Assembly: GCA_019634005.1 (NCBI GenBank)
Contig: JAHQWD010000003.1
Coordinates: 176,539 to 240,538, forward strand
DNA from: Candidatus Kaiserbacteria bacterium
GTDB taxonomy: Bacteria; Patescibacteriota; Minisyncoccia; Phycocordibacterales; UBA918
Reading direction: 5' to 3'
DNA: 64,000 nucleotides
Shown here: one piece after another, positions 10,227 through 20,125 of the stretch
Position numbering within the stretch: the first letter of the stretch is position 1
How the letters are laid out: each line of letters starts with the position of its first letter
The notes under the pieces: model-generated
Told to the model about the DNA's origin: nothing
What the model saw: the letters and a program-made list of their open reading frames with translations, nothing else
The model's database searches: none
Position numbers and translations under genes: made by a program

Positions 10227-10598
10227 ATGAAAACATCACATTTTGTCATTCTTATAATTCTCATTATCATCGCGCTCTTTGGCTGGAAACAGTGGAGTGA
10301 ATCACAGCCAGGGCCGCTCGATGAGTTTGCACAGTGTCTTGCTGATGAAGAGGCAACATTCTATGGCGCATTCTGGTGTCCACATTGTGCAGATCAGAAA
10401 GAAATGTTTGGAAACTCTACGAAGTATCTTTCATACGTAGAGTGTTCTACACCAGATGGACAGTCTCAGACCGCAGAGTGTACCGACGCAGGTATCACCG
10501 GATATCCAACATGGGAGTTTGCTGACGGCTCACGAGAGAATGGCGTTGTACCACTTACTGTATTAGCAGAAAAGACAGGATGTGAACTTCCCGAATAG
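10227..10598 (+). CDS. membrane-anchored thioredoxin-fold thiol:disulfide oxidoreductase (DsbA/BdbD-like)
   Basis: An N-terminal signal anchor and a WCPHC active site. Confidence 0.65.
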   Translation: MKTSHFVILIILIIIALFGWKQWSESQPGPLDEFAQCLADEEATFYGAFWCPHCADQKEMFGNSTKYLSYVECSTPDGQSQTAECTDAGITGYPTWEFADGSRENGVVPLTVLAEKTGCELPE

Positions 10599-10601
10599 TC
10601 T

Positions 10602-11132
10602 ATGTCTGAAACTGTAGAGACACTCAATTTCATTATGGGTACTGGTGGCGTAGTGATGCTCGTTGCTGGGCTATTGCTTCTTGTCGACCGTATCTTTTTG
10701 AAGAGTCCTGAGGTACGAAATATGGTAGAGCGATGGGGGCTCTTACTCGCTGCGGCACTTACGGTGGGGGCGACAATCATGGCTCTGGTCTATTCCGAAA
10801 TATTTGGATTTGTACCCTGCGGTCTCTGTTGGTTGATGCGTATCTTTGTCTTCTCGCAGGCGTTCATTATGACCACCGCGTTTCTTAAAAAGGATTATGG
10901 TATTGCAGTCTATGGGATGGTGCTCTCTGTTCCAGGGATTCTTATTGGACTCTACCAACACTATCTCCAGATGGGTGGAGGCGAGTTTGTTCCTTGCCCT
11001 GCAGCGGCGGGGGACTGCGCAAAACGCATTCTTTTTGAATACGACTTCATGACTTTCCCACTCATGGGAGCGTCCATGTTGTTCCTTCTTACCATGGTAT
11101 ACACTTATCTTATTCGTATTAAACAACTATAG
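10602..11132 (+). CDS. disulfide bond formation protein B family (DsbB/BdbC-like)
   Basis: 4 TM helices, a PCGLC motif in loop 1 and a second Cys pair (FVPCPAAAGDC) in loop 2. It is adjacent to the Trx-like gene. Confidence 0.6.
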   Translation: MSETVETLNFIMGTGGVVMLVAGLLLLVDRIFLKSPEVRNMVERWGLLLAAALTVGATIMALVYSEIFGFVPCGLCWLMRIFVFSQAFIMTTAFLKKDYGIAVYGMVLSVPGILIGLYQHYLQMGGGEFVPCPAAAGDCAKRILFEYDFMTFPLMGASMLFLLTMVYTYLIRIKQL

Positions 11133-11133
11133 T

Positions 11134-12006
11134 ATGACAAATACAGCACGAAACTTCTCATTACAACTTGGCTCGCTGATCGCACTCTATGTTTCGCTTT
11201 CTGCGATCCTTGCGGTGCTCTTTGGAGTGATTAATCTTGCATTTCCAGATGCTGCGGAAGGATACTGGGCGTATAACTCTGCGCAGAGTGGAATCCGCTT
11301 TGGTATTGCGGCGGTAATTGTCTTTTTTCCTGCATATCTTATCCTCACGAGAATTTCTAATAAGATTCGAAGAGAGGAGTCTGGATCGTATACAACGGTC
11401 ACTAAGTGGCTTGTATACCTGTCACTTATCGTTGGAGGAGGCATTCTTCTTGGAGACCTGGTTGCGGTCATTATGACGTATCTCAATGGAGAGATTACCG
11501 AGCGGTTTATCCTCAAAGCACTCGCACTCTTTGTAGTTATCAGTGCGGCATTCAAGTACTATCTTCGTGATGTCGTGGGGTACTGGGATACGCACGAGAA
11601 GCAGTCCATCATGTTTGGTGGTGTAAGTGTTGTTCTCGTTATCGCTGTTCTTGTTCTCGGTTTCTATCATGCTGATACACCAAGCACCGTACGTGAGATG
11701 CGTATTGATACGGAGCAGGTAAATGACCTTGAACAAATCTCGTGGCGTGTAGAGGAATATTATAGTGTGAACAAAATGTTGCCCGAGACACTCTCTGATG
11801 TGTATGGAACACTTTCTGTGCCAGAGGCTGTAGAGGATCGTCCTGCGTATCAGTATAGAGTTCCCAATGAAACAACCTTCGAACTCTGCGCAACATTCGC
11901 ACATGAGTCTCGAGAGAATCGTGCGTCATATGCACCAATAGAAAAGATCCCGCAGAGTTGGGATCATGGGGAAGGAGAGACATGCTTCACCAGAGTGGTG
12001 GAGTAG
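11134..12006 (+). CDS. integral membrane protein of unknown function
   Basis: 290 aa with about 5 TM helices and a C-terminal soluble region. Followed by a terminator. Confidence 0.55.
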   Translation: MTNTARNFSLQLGSLIALYVSLSAILAVLFGVINLAFPDAAEGYWAYNSAQSGIRFGIAAVIVFFPAYLILTRISNKIRREESGSYTTVTKWLVYLSLIVGGGILLGDLVAVIMTYLNGEITERFILKALALFVVISAAFKYYLRDVVGYWDTHEKQSIMFGGVSVVLVIAVLVLGFYHADTPSTVREMRIDTEQVNDLEQISWRVEEYYSVNKMLPETLSDVYGTLSVPEAVEDRPAYQYRVPNETTFELCATFAHESRENRASYAPIEKIPQSWDHGEGETCFTRVVE

Positions 12007-12013
12007 ATAGACT

Positions 12014-12045
12014 GAAAGCCCGGCGAAACACTGCACGGGCTTTTT
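12014..12045 (+). terminator. intrinsic terminator (gaaagcccg...cgggcttttt)
   Basis: A hairpin plus T-run after the membrane-protein gene. Confidence 0.55.
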
Positions 12046-12046
12046 G

Positions 12047-12307
12047 TTATTCGGCTGCCTGAGCAGCAACTTCAGTGAGCGCCCCCTTCAGGAAGGGGGC
12101 AACATGTACGACAGAGACCTTGATGTAACAGAAAATAATTACCGCGTCCGTAATTATGGCCGTCAACACAATCCCCAGCGAAGGGGTGGGCTCTGCGACA
12201 AAGATTGCCACAAACGGAATCTGAAGTAAGCCCAGGAAAACATAGAAGCCAACAACCATGGCAATTCTCTGTTTTAAAGGTAGTTTTTTAAACCCTTTTT
12301 TATCCAT
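12047..12307 (-). CDS. small two-TM membrane protein (86 aa)
   Basis: The ATG is preceded by AAAGGAGGTG. The hydrophobic stretches are VVGFYVFLGLLQIPFVAIF and LGIVLTAIITDAVIIF. The longer 183-aa ORF version was rejected. Confidence 0.5.
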   Translation of the reverse strand: MDKKGFKKLPLKQRIAMVVGFYVFLGLLQIPFVAIFVAEPTPSLGIVLTAIITDAVIIFCYIKVSVVHVAPFLKGALTEVAAQAAE

Positions 12308-12409
12308 CCACACCTCCTTTTTGTTCAGTTCACAATGGAAGATATATGTATATTGCGTTTGTGTCAAATACACGGTATGGTGCAGACAGCATAGCAACAG
12401 GAGAGAAAG

Positions 12410-12640
12410 ATGAAGATATTCTTCTTTGAATCTGTAAATGACGGCGTCCACCTTCCGTATAAGATGATGAGCGTCGTTCTTGCAGCTGAGGATGACAATG
12501 ATGCACAGGTGGTTCTTAAATCGCACTTGCGAGACACCACTGGAAGTGAAGGGCTGGCTCAATTCTTCAGCCTTGTGGAGACATCTGTCACAGATCAAGC
12601 GCTGGAGAGCGGTGAACTGATCACCCGTGTGCAGCGGTAA
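12410..12640 (+). CDS. hypothetical small acidic protein (76 aa)
   Basis: An AGGAGAG SD precedes the ATG and a hairpin follows at 12663-12687. Not recognised as any family. Confidence 0.3.
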   Translation: MKIFFFESVNDGVHLPYKMMSVVLAAEDDNDAQVVLKSHLRDTTGSEGLAQFFSLVETSVTDQALESGELITRVQR

Positions 12641-12747
12641 TCAACATCTAACTGGACACATGAAGCCCGCACCCGAGTGCGGGCTTTCGATTATATACAG
12701 TCTAATTTTCTAGACATATTCCCCAAACACGGCATAATACGGTAACT

Positions 12748-15564
12748 ATGCACAAGAAATTCAATCACGAGGAGATAGAAAAAAAATGGCAAGAGAAATG
12801 GCAGAAGGACGGACTGTATGATGTCGGAGATCGTGATGAATCCAAAGAGAAGGAGTATGTACTGGTGGAGTGGCCATACCCCTCAGGGAATCTCCATATA
12901 GGACACTGGTATGCGTTTGCAGTTCCAGATATTTACGTGCGTGCGCAACGCATGAAAGAAAAACAGGTTGTCTTCCCGATGGGGTTTGATGCATTTGGAC
13001 TTCCAGCGGAGAATGCGGCAATCAAACACAACCTCGATCCGAAAGAGTGGACAGAATCTAATATCGAACACATGAAGAAGCAGTTGCAAAGCATGGGAAA
13101 CGCGTTCTCATGGGATAAGACTGCAAGTTCTACCGATCCAGAATATTACAAATGGACACAGTGGATGTTTACTAAGTTCTTTGAAGAGGATGTTGCGTAC
13201 AAAGGAAAGGGGACCGTGAATTGGTGTCCATCGTGTAACACCGTACTTGCGAATGAGCAGGTGGTAGACGATGCGTGTGAACGATGTGGCACAAAGGTTG
13301 AAAAGAAAGAGATGGACGAATGGAAAATGCGTATCACCAAATATGCAGATCGTCTTGTTGATGACCTCGACACGCTCGACTGGCCACTTCACATTAAAGA
13401 GTTGCAGAAGAACTGGATTGGACGGTCAAAAGGGGCAAAGATTGCCTTCACACTTTCTAGTGGAGATACCGTGGAGGTCTTCACTACACGTCCTGATACG
13501 CTCTATGGAGCAACATACTTAGTACTTGCCCCAGAACATCCGCTTCTTGAGACTCTTTCAATAGAAAACAAAGATCAAGTGCTTGCATACCAAAAGGAGG
13601 CTGCTTCCAAAGATGAACGGACGCGCACCGCAGAAGGAAAAGAGAAGACTGGTGTACGTCTCGAAGGAGTCACTGCAACAAATCCAGCAAATGGAAAAGA
13701 AATTCCTGTATACATTGCAGACTACGTGTTGGGTGGATACGGAACTGGTTCCATTATGGCAGTACCTGGACATGACGCTCGGGACTACGCATTTGCCCAG
13801 AAATACGATCTCCCAATTGAATATGTTGTTGAGCCAGTGTTCACAAAACAAGATGGAGACGATGCGTTCCGAGAGGATGCAGAAATCGCAGAGCGGCAAG
13901 CAATATCTGCCGTTGTATACAACCCAAAGACAGAGAAATATCTTGGACTTAAATGGAAGAAGGTAGATTGGGACACACTTATCACTGGAGGTATTGAAGA
14001 AGGGCAGACTGCTGAAGAGGCAGCACGACAAGAAGTGCTAGAAGAAACAGGATACAAGAACCTCAAGCTTGTAAAACAACTTCCAAGTTATCAAGGAAGA
14101 TTCTGGCATGTACCGAAGGAGGTGAATCGAGTAGCACATTTTCAGTGCTTCCTTTTTGAGCTTGAAAACGAAGAGCAGGAGACTGTTGTTGAAGATGAAC
14201 AGAAAAAGCATGAATACGTCTGGCTTTCAAAAGAAGAGATGATGAACTTTAGACTCCCTGAAGGACATCGCTTCCTTATGGACGGAATCCTTACTGAAGA
14301 TCTCTTCTATGGTGGAAACGGAGATCTGGTGAACTCTTCAGAGTTCACCGGCATGTCTTCTGAAGAAGCGAAAGAAAAGATCACCGAGAAGGTGGGTGGA
14401 GAGATGACAAATACGTATCGTCTCAGAGACTGGTCTATCGGACGCCAACGATACTGGGGTGTGCCGATTCCAATCGTCTATGATCCAGATGGAAAAGCAC
14501 ACGCAATTCCAAAAGAATATCTTCCGTGGACGCTTCCAGAGGATGTAGATTTCAAACCAACAGGAGAACCACCGTTTGCAAAGAGTGAAGAACTGAAGCA
14601 ACGCACCGAAGAGATCTTCGGTGTTGGATGGACACCAGAGGTAGAGACGATGGATACCTTTGTAGATTCTTCATGGTATTTCCTTCGATATATAGATAAC
14701 AAGAATGATGAAGAGCTTGCTTCAAAAGAGACTCAGAAGAATTGGATGCCTGTTGATCTCTACTTCGGAGGATCAGAGCACACAACACTCCACCTCCTCT
14801 ACTCTCGTTTTGTGCAGAAAGCACTCTTTGACCTTGGGGTCACGACCGTAGAGGAACCTTACAAAATGCGTATCAACCGTGGACTTGTCTTGGGGCCAGA
14901 TGGTAACAAGATGAGTAAGTCCAAAGGGAATGTGATTGATCCAGATGGAGAGGTGTCACGTGTGGGGTCCGATGCAGTGAAAATGTACCTTGCTTTTATG
15001 GGGCCGTATGGAGAGACGGCAAACTACCCGTGGGATCTTGGAGGTATTGCAGGAACACGACGTTTTCTAGAACGTGTATATGGACTCTCGGAACATGTGC
15101 AAGAAACAGAGTCTGGAGAAATGACGCGTACTCTCCATAAGACTATTGCAAAAGTATCTGAAGATATCGAGGCGTTTAAGTTCAATACGGCAATCAGTGC
15201 ACTGATGATGTATGTGAACGCTGCGGAAAAAGAGGGGATTACGGAGGAGTCATATAAGGTGTTTCTCCGCCTCCTTGCACCATTTGCACCGCATCTTACT
15301 GAAGAACTGTGGAAAGAAGAGTATTCTATCCATCAGGAATCTTTTCCTATGGCAGACACGTCACTTACTACAGAAGAGGAGGTTACCATTGGTGTCCAGA
15401 TTAATGGAAAGGTGCGCGGGGAAATAACGATCGCACCTGACGCGGACGAGGCGGCAGCGATTGCTCTCGTGCGAGAGAATGAAAAGCTCAAGGAGTATAT
15501 TGAGAAGGGGGTTAAGAAGGTTATTTACGTACCTGGACGTATCCTCAGTATTATTCTTGAATAG
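12748..15564 (+). CDS. leuS: leucine--tRNA ligase with an embedded NUDIX-hydrolase domain
   Basis: The HIGH motif (HIGHWY), the TRPDT editing motif, KMSKS and a zinc knuckle are all present. About 150 extra residues between KYDLPI and LVNSSEFTG carry a Nudix box, GGIEEGQTAEEAARQEVLEETGY. Confidence 0.95.
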   Translation: MHKKFNHEEIEKKWQEKWQKDGLYDVGDRDESKEKEYVLVEWPYPSGNLHIGHWYAFAVPDIYVRAQRMKEKQVVFPMGFDAFGLPAENAAIKHNLDPKEWTESNIEHMKKQLQSMGNAFSWDKTASSTDPEYYKWTQWMFTKFFEEDVAYKGKGTVNWCPSCNTVLANEQVVDDACERCGTKVEKKEMDEWKMRITKYADRLVDDLDTLDWPLHIKELQKNWIGRSKGAKIAFTLSSGDTVEVFTTRPDTLYGATYLVLAPEHPLLETLSIENKDQVLAYQKEAASKDERTRTAEGKEKTGVRLEGVTATNPANGKEIPVYIADYVLGGYGTGSIMAVPGHDARDYAFAQKYDLPIEYVVEPVFTKQDGDDAFREDAEIAERQAISAVVYNPKTEKYLGLKWKKVDWDTLITGGIEEGQTAEEAARQEVLEETGYKNLKLVKQLPSYQGRFWHVPKEVNRVAHFQCFLFELENEEQETVVEDEQKKHEYVWLSKEEMMNFRLPEGHRFLMDGILTEDLFYGGNGDLVNSSEFTGMSSEEAKEKITEKVGGEMTNTYRLRDWSIGRQRYWGVPIPIVYDPDGKAHAIPKEYLPWTLPEDVDFKPTGEPPFAKSEELKQRTEEIFGVGWTPEVETMDTFVDSSWYFLRYIDNKNDEELASKETQKNWMPVDLYFGGSEHTTLHLLYSRFVQKALFDLGVTTVEEPYKMRINRGLVLGPDGNKMSKSKGNVIDPDGEVSRVGSDAVKMYLAFMGPYGETANYPWDLGGIAGTRRFLERVYGLSEHVQETESGEMTRTLHKTIAKVSEDIEAFKFNTAISALMMYVNAAEKEGITEESYKVFLRLLAPFAPHLTEELWKEEYSIHQESFPMADTSLTTEEEVTIGVQINGKVRGEITIAPDADEAAAIALVRENEKLKEYIEKGVKKVIYVPGRILSIILE

Positions 15565-15657
15565 GGTTGACGTTGTGTCAATAACGTGATAAAAAGTACT
15601 TATATTGTGTAATAAGAGATTAGAAACCGCACAAAATAAGGATAAATTAGAAAAAAT

Positions 15658-16683
15658 ATGATTACATTTAAGCCGAAACAGGCAACCAAGAAGTTGCTCT
15701 CTGTACTTCCCGACCGCGCACGTGATGTGCTCGAAAAGCGATACGGACTTGGAAAAAGTACAGCGAAGCAGACACTTGAATCGATTGGGCAGACATACGG
15801 TATTACCCGTGAGCGTGTTCGACAGATCGAAAATTACGCGATCCAGTCTATTCAAAAGTCTGATGTCTACGATGAGTTCGAACCAGTGTTCGATGAACTC
15901 AAAGAGATTCTTAACTCACTCGGTGCGGTAGTGAGTGAAGATGTACTTCTTGAAGAAGTATCAGATGATAAAGCGGTACGTAATCATATCTATTTCCTCC
16001 TTGTTCTTGGAAATGCATTCTATCGTGCAAAAGAGAATAAAGATTTCTGCCACCGATGGCATGTAGAGAAGAAAGTTGCCGATCAGGTAGAAAGTGCACT
16101 CCAGACAGTATTTGATTCCCTCGAGGAAGACGAACTCGTTACTGAAGAGGACATTCTTGTGCGTCTTCAAGATGAGTTGAAGGATCTTGAGGACTCATAT
16201 CGCGACGAATCAAACCTTAAGCGGTGGCTTGCCATCTCTAAGAACCTTGATCGTAATCCACTCGGAGAGTGGGGGAATGCAGCATCACCAAATGTTCGCG
16301 CAAAAGGTATCCGAGATTATGCATACCTTGCGGTAAAGCGTCATGGATCTCCAATGCACTTCAAGGAAGTTGCCGACGCTATCAAAGAACTCTTCGGTCG
16401 TACTGCGCATGTTGCAACGACCCACAACGAACTTATTAAAGACGAACGTTTCGTGCTCGTTGGTCGTGGGCTCTATGCACTCACTGAGTGGGGCTACTCT
16501 GCAGGAGTGGTAAAGGATGTACTTCGTGACATTCTTGAGAAGGAAGGTCCACTTTCACGTGAGGAAATCATTGATCGCGTGCGAAAGGAACGATATGTGA
16601 AGGATAATACTATTGTGGTAAACCTCCAGGACATTTCGCTCTTCAAGCGACTACCTGACGGCACTTACATGGCAATCGACTAA
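15658..16683 (+). CDS. DNA-binding protein with an N-terminal sigma-70 region-4-like HTH and a C-terminal HARE-HTH (RNAP delta-subunit-like) domain
   Basis: N-terminus: LPDRARDVLEKRYGL...TLESIGQTYGITRERVRQIE. C-terminus: HFKEVADAIKELFGR...FVLVGRGLYALTEWGY. Confidence 0.55.
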   Translation: MITFKPKQATKKLLSVLPDRARDVLEKRYGLGKSTAKQTLESIGQTYGITRERVRQIENYAIQSIQKSDVYDEFEPVFDELKEILNSLGAVVSEDVLLEEVSDDKAVRNHIYFLLVLGNAFYRAKENKDFCHRWHVEKKVADQVESALQTVFDSLEEDELVTEEDILVRLQDELKDLEDSYRDESNLKRWLAISKNLDRNPLGEWGNAASPNVRAKGIRDYAYLAVKRHGSPMHFKEVADAIKELFGRTAHVATTHNELIKDERFVLVGRGLYALTEWGYSAGVVKDVLRDILEKEGPLSREEIIDRVRKERYVKDNTIVVNLQDISLFKRLPDGTYMAID

Positions 16684-16718
16684 AGAAAAAACGACTCCCC
16701 AGTGAGTCGTTTTTTCTT

Positions 16719-18074
16719 ATGAAGCTACGGTATAATATTCGTATCATGCGTGAACTGATTACGAAGCCAGTTGAACAGGTGGAGAAATTTGGTGTAAATG
16801 GTGGAGTTATTTTAGCCATCCTTGGCATAGTCATGGTTGGTATTGTGGTGCATGCCTTTGATATTAATACCAATGCCGCGTTGAGGTTTGCAGTAGCAGC
16901 AGCACCGATATGGCTTCCGATCATTACTTTCTTGCTCTTCTTTGAGTTTTGGATGTATTTCGTTCGCAAAGAGTTTGATCTCAACCAAGGGAGAGTTGTT
17001 TTTGAAGTAACACTACCAAAGGATGTATATAAATCTCCTGAAGCCATGGAGCTTGTTTTAGTGCAATTGCACCAGACTGCGGCACCAGACAACCATGTAC
17101 AGACATATTGGGACGGAAAGCATCCTCCCACAACTTCCTTAGAACTTGTCTCCCATGGGGGAGAGGTGAAGTTTTATATTAGCGTTCCAAAGAAAAAATT
17201 TAAGAATATTATGGAGGCACAGCTCTACGCACAGTATCCAGGTATTGAGGTGAAAGAGTTAGAAGTGGATTACACAGCGGAGATTCCTTGGGATCCAGAC
17301 AAATATGCGTATTTTTCACTTCACTTTAATCTTAAGAAAGCAGACGCGTATCCACTTCGAACATATGTAGAATACGGACTCCATACTATGCCGAAGGAGG
17401 AAGAGAAAGTGGATCCGATCACTTCTATGGTGGACGCACTTGCAAATCTTGGGCCAAATGAATGGTACTGGGTGCAGATACTTATTGATGCAAACCGAGA
17501 GGTGACCTTTAAAGAAGGTGCACTGCGAAAACAGGCGGACTGGAAAGAGGCAGCCCGAGAAGAGATTGCAAAGATTGTTGATGCTGCACGAAAACGTTCT
17601 GGTGTCGAAGAAGGAGGGAATGTGATGCAACAACTTACTGATGTAGAGCGGGATACCATCAAGGCCATCGAGCGGAGTCTCGGAAAAAATGCTTTCAATG
17701 TTGCTATTCGTGGTATGTATATTGCAACACAGGAAGCATTCCTTCCTGGAGAACGCATCGGGCAACTTATCACGGGGTGGCGTGGGTATGATGATCTGAA
17801 TCGAAATGCAATTGGGGTACGGTGGCGCACTGACTTCGACTGGAACTGGTGGCAAGATCCTTCAGGGAAGCGGAGAATGGCACATAAAAAGCGAGAACTT
17901 GCAGAGTATAAGAAACGGATCTATTTATCTCAGAACAGCACCGACGGACGGAAGGTTATGACCACTGAAGAGCTAGCGACAATCTTCCACTTCCCAGGTC
18001 GAGTGCTCCTTACTCCAACTGTTGGACGTATTGAGTCGACTCGAAGCGAGGCACCAACGAACCTTCCTGTATGA
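16719..18074 (+). CDS. conserved hypothetical protein with an N-terminal double-TM anchor
   Basis: 451 aa with two TM helices followed by a large soluble domain. No family recognised. Confidence 0.5.
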   Translation: MKLRYNIRIMRELITKPVEQVEKFGVNGGVILAILGIVMVGIVVHAFDINTNAALRFAVAAAPIWLPIITFLLFFEFWMYFVRKEFDLNQGRVVFEVTLPKDVYKSPEAMELVLVQLHQTAAPDNHVQTYWDGKHPPTTSLELVSHGGEVKFYISVPKKKFKNIMEAQLYAQYPGIEVKELEVDYTAEIPWDPDKYAYFSLHFNLKKADAYPLRTYVEYGLHTMPKEEEKVDPITSMVDALANLGPNEWYWVQILIDANREVTFKEGALRKQADWKEAAREEIAKIVDAARKRSGVEEGGNVMQQLTDVERDTIKAIERSLGKNAFNVAIRGMYIATQEAFLPGERIGQLITGWRGYDDLNRNAIGVRWRTDFDWNWWQDPSGKRRMAHKKRELAEYKKRIYLSQNSTDGRKVMTTEELATIFHFPGRVLLTPTVGRIESTRSEAPTNLPV

Positions 18075-19075
18075 ATCTAAGACAGTTGTTTCCACGCATA
18101 AAGAAAGATCTCTTGATTCCTCCCGTACACAGAGACCAGACCTCTAAAGTCCCCCTGCTTGTATTTGGAGGTGTCCTTCTTTTGATCGTACTTTTTGTAG
18201 TATTGCTCTCAACACCGCGAGCGTTTCCTGTAGAAACTCGGATAGAAATTGAAGAAGGGAGTAGTGTTCGAGCAATTACGACGATGCTTGACGAGACAGA
18301 TGTTGTTCGTTCGCGACTCATGCTTCAAATGGTACTTGCTCTTCGACATCCATTTGACTCCATCAAAGCAGGCGTCTATACCTTTGATCAACGGAAGAGT
18401 GTTTTTGAAATTGCTGAAATTATAACCGAAGGTACAGACGGGACACCGTTGGTGCGCGTGACAGTACCTGAAGGACTTCGGGGGAGGGATCTTATTGAAA
18501 TCTTTACAGAGGCGGGGCTGACAAATGAGATGTCACTAAGTGTTGAAGATATCGATATGTATATCGGATATCTCTATCCAGACACATATCTCGTGCCAGA
18601 GACATATACATTCTCTGAAATGGTGGCGCTCATGCAGGAAACATACGAAGAAAAGGTAGCGCCGCTTCGTGATGCTTTCAAGACGCTCTCTGAGTCTGAG
18701 GTAATTACACTTGCTTCTATCGTGGAGCGTGAGGCAAAGGACGAAGCGTCTAAACGCATTGTGGCGGGCATCCTGCTTTCTCGGTTGGAGATTGGCATGG
18801 CGCTTCAGGTCGATGCATCGTTTTCATACCTCCTTGATAAAGAGAGTGCAGAGCTTACGCTTGAAGATCTCAAGATAGATTCTCCGTACAATACATATCT
18901 CTATCCAGGACTTCCACCAACCCCGATTGCAAATCCTGGCCTCGAATCTATTAAGGCAGTGCTTGATCCAGAGATAACGGAGTACGTGTACTATCTAACA
19001 GCACCAGACGGTACTTTCTATTACGCAGAGACATTTGAGGAGCATAAGCAAAACAAAGAGCGCTATCTACGGTAG
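18071..19075 (+). CDS. mltG: endolytic murein transglycosylase MltG (YceG family)
   Basis: An N-terminal TM helix and the motif DSPYNTYLYPGLPPTPIANPG. Confidence 0.85.
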   Translation: MNLRQLFPRIKKDLLIPPVHRDQTSKVPLLVFGGVLLLIVLFVVLLSTPRAFPVETRIEIEEGSSVRAITTMLDETDVVRSRLMLQMVLALRHPFDSIKAGVYTFDQRKSVFEIAEIITEGTDGTPLVRVTVPEGLRGRDLIEIFTEAGLTNEMSLSVEDIDMYIGYLYPDTYLVPETYTFSEMVALMQETYEEKVAPLRDAFKTLSESEVITLASIVEREAKDEASKRIVAGILLSRLEIGMALQVDASFSYLLDKESAELTLEDLKIDSPYNTYLYPGLPPTPIANPGLESIKAVLDPEITEYVYYLTAPDGTFYYAETFEEHKQNKERYLR

Positions 19076-19092
19076 TGTGCTACAGTACCCGC

Positions 19093-20124
19093 ATGAAGAA
19101 ACGTATATTTGTCGGGCTCTCTGGAGGAGTGGATTCTTCAGTTGCTGCATATAGATTGCGTGAACAGGGACACGAAGTTATCGGGGTCTTTATTAAGACA
19201 TGGCAACCAGATTTTATTCAATGCACATGGGAGACAGAACGTCTTGATGCAATGCGTGTTGCGGCACATCTCAACATCCCGTTTCTTACCTTTGATGCGG
19301 TTGATGCCTATAAGACAGGAGTTGCAGAGTACATGATTTCAGAATATGCACATGGGCGTACACCGAATCCTGATGTGATGTGTAACCAGCATGTAAAGTT
19401 TGGCGCATTTCTAGAATTTGCGCGGTCGCATGGTGCTGACGCAGTCGCGACAGGACACTATGCACAGATATCACACGACAAAGATGGATACCACCTACTT
19501 CGTGGAAAAGATAGAGAGAAGGATCAAAGCTATTTTCTTTGGACGCTTACACAAGATCAGTTGAGACATATTGTGTTTCCTGTAGGAGATCTGCCAAAGA
19601 AGGAGGTACGACGTATTGCAAAAAAAATTGGTCTTCCCACCGCAGTGAAGAAAGATAGTCAGGGGATTTGTTTTTTGGGGCAGATAGATATGAGAGATTT
19701 TCTCGGACATTATGTAGACCTTACAGAGGGAGCCGTGCTTGATACAAAAGGCATCGAAATAGGTATGCATGCGGGAGCGCTACTCTATACCTATGGACAA
19801 CGACACGGATTCACTATCACCGAGCAGACAACTTCTACGAAACCACACTATGTTATTGCGAAGGATCTAGATGAAAATACGATTACGGTCTCAGAAGAGC
19901 CACCTATAATACAAGATGCAGAGATTGTGCTTGAGCACGTACACGAGATACAGCCGTGCGCAGGAGTACTCTCTGCACAGTTGCGATATCGTGGAAGAAC
20001 ATACAAAGCCTCGCTTGAAGAACGTGTGCTTGCAGTGAAAGAAGAGGTGCCGAAGCCTGCGAGCGGACAATCTTGTGTACTATATAGGGAAGATGAGTGC
20101 CTAGGGGGTGGTATCATAGTCTAA
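19093..20124 (+). CDS. mnmA: tRNA-specific 2-thiouridylase MnmA
   Basis: PP-loop motif VGLSGGVDSSVAA. The ORF opens with GTG at 19075; the first Met is at 19093. Confidence 0.9.
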   Translation: MKKRIFVGLSGGVDSSVAAYRLREQGHEVIGVFIKTWQPDFIQCTWETERLDAMRVAAHLNIPFLTFDAVDAYKTGVAEYMISEYAHGRTPNPDVMCNQHVKFGAFLEFARSHGADAVATGHYAQISHDKDGYHLLRGKDREKDQSYFLWTLTQDQLRHIVFPVGDLPKKEVRRIAKKIGLPTAVKKDSQGICFLGQIDMRDFLGHYVDLTEGAVLDTKGIEIGMHAGALLYTYGQRHGFTITEQTTSTKPHYVIAKDLDENTITVSEEPPIIQDAEIVLEHVHEIQPCAGVLSAQLRYRGRTYKASLEERVLAVKEEVPKPASGQSCVLYREDECLGGGIIV

Positions 20125-20125
20125 T

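Noticed and set aside
12047-12598. 183-aa version of the minus-strand ORF
   Set aside because: The N-terminal 97 residues are Cys/His/Leu-rich with no start context. A strong AAAGGAGGTG SD precedes the internal Met at 12307, so only the 86-aa membrane protein is called.
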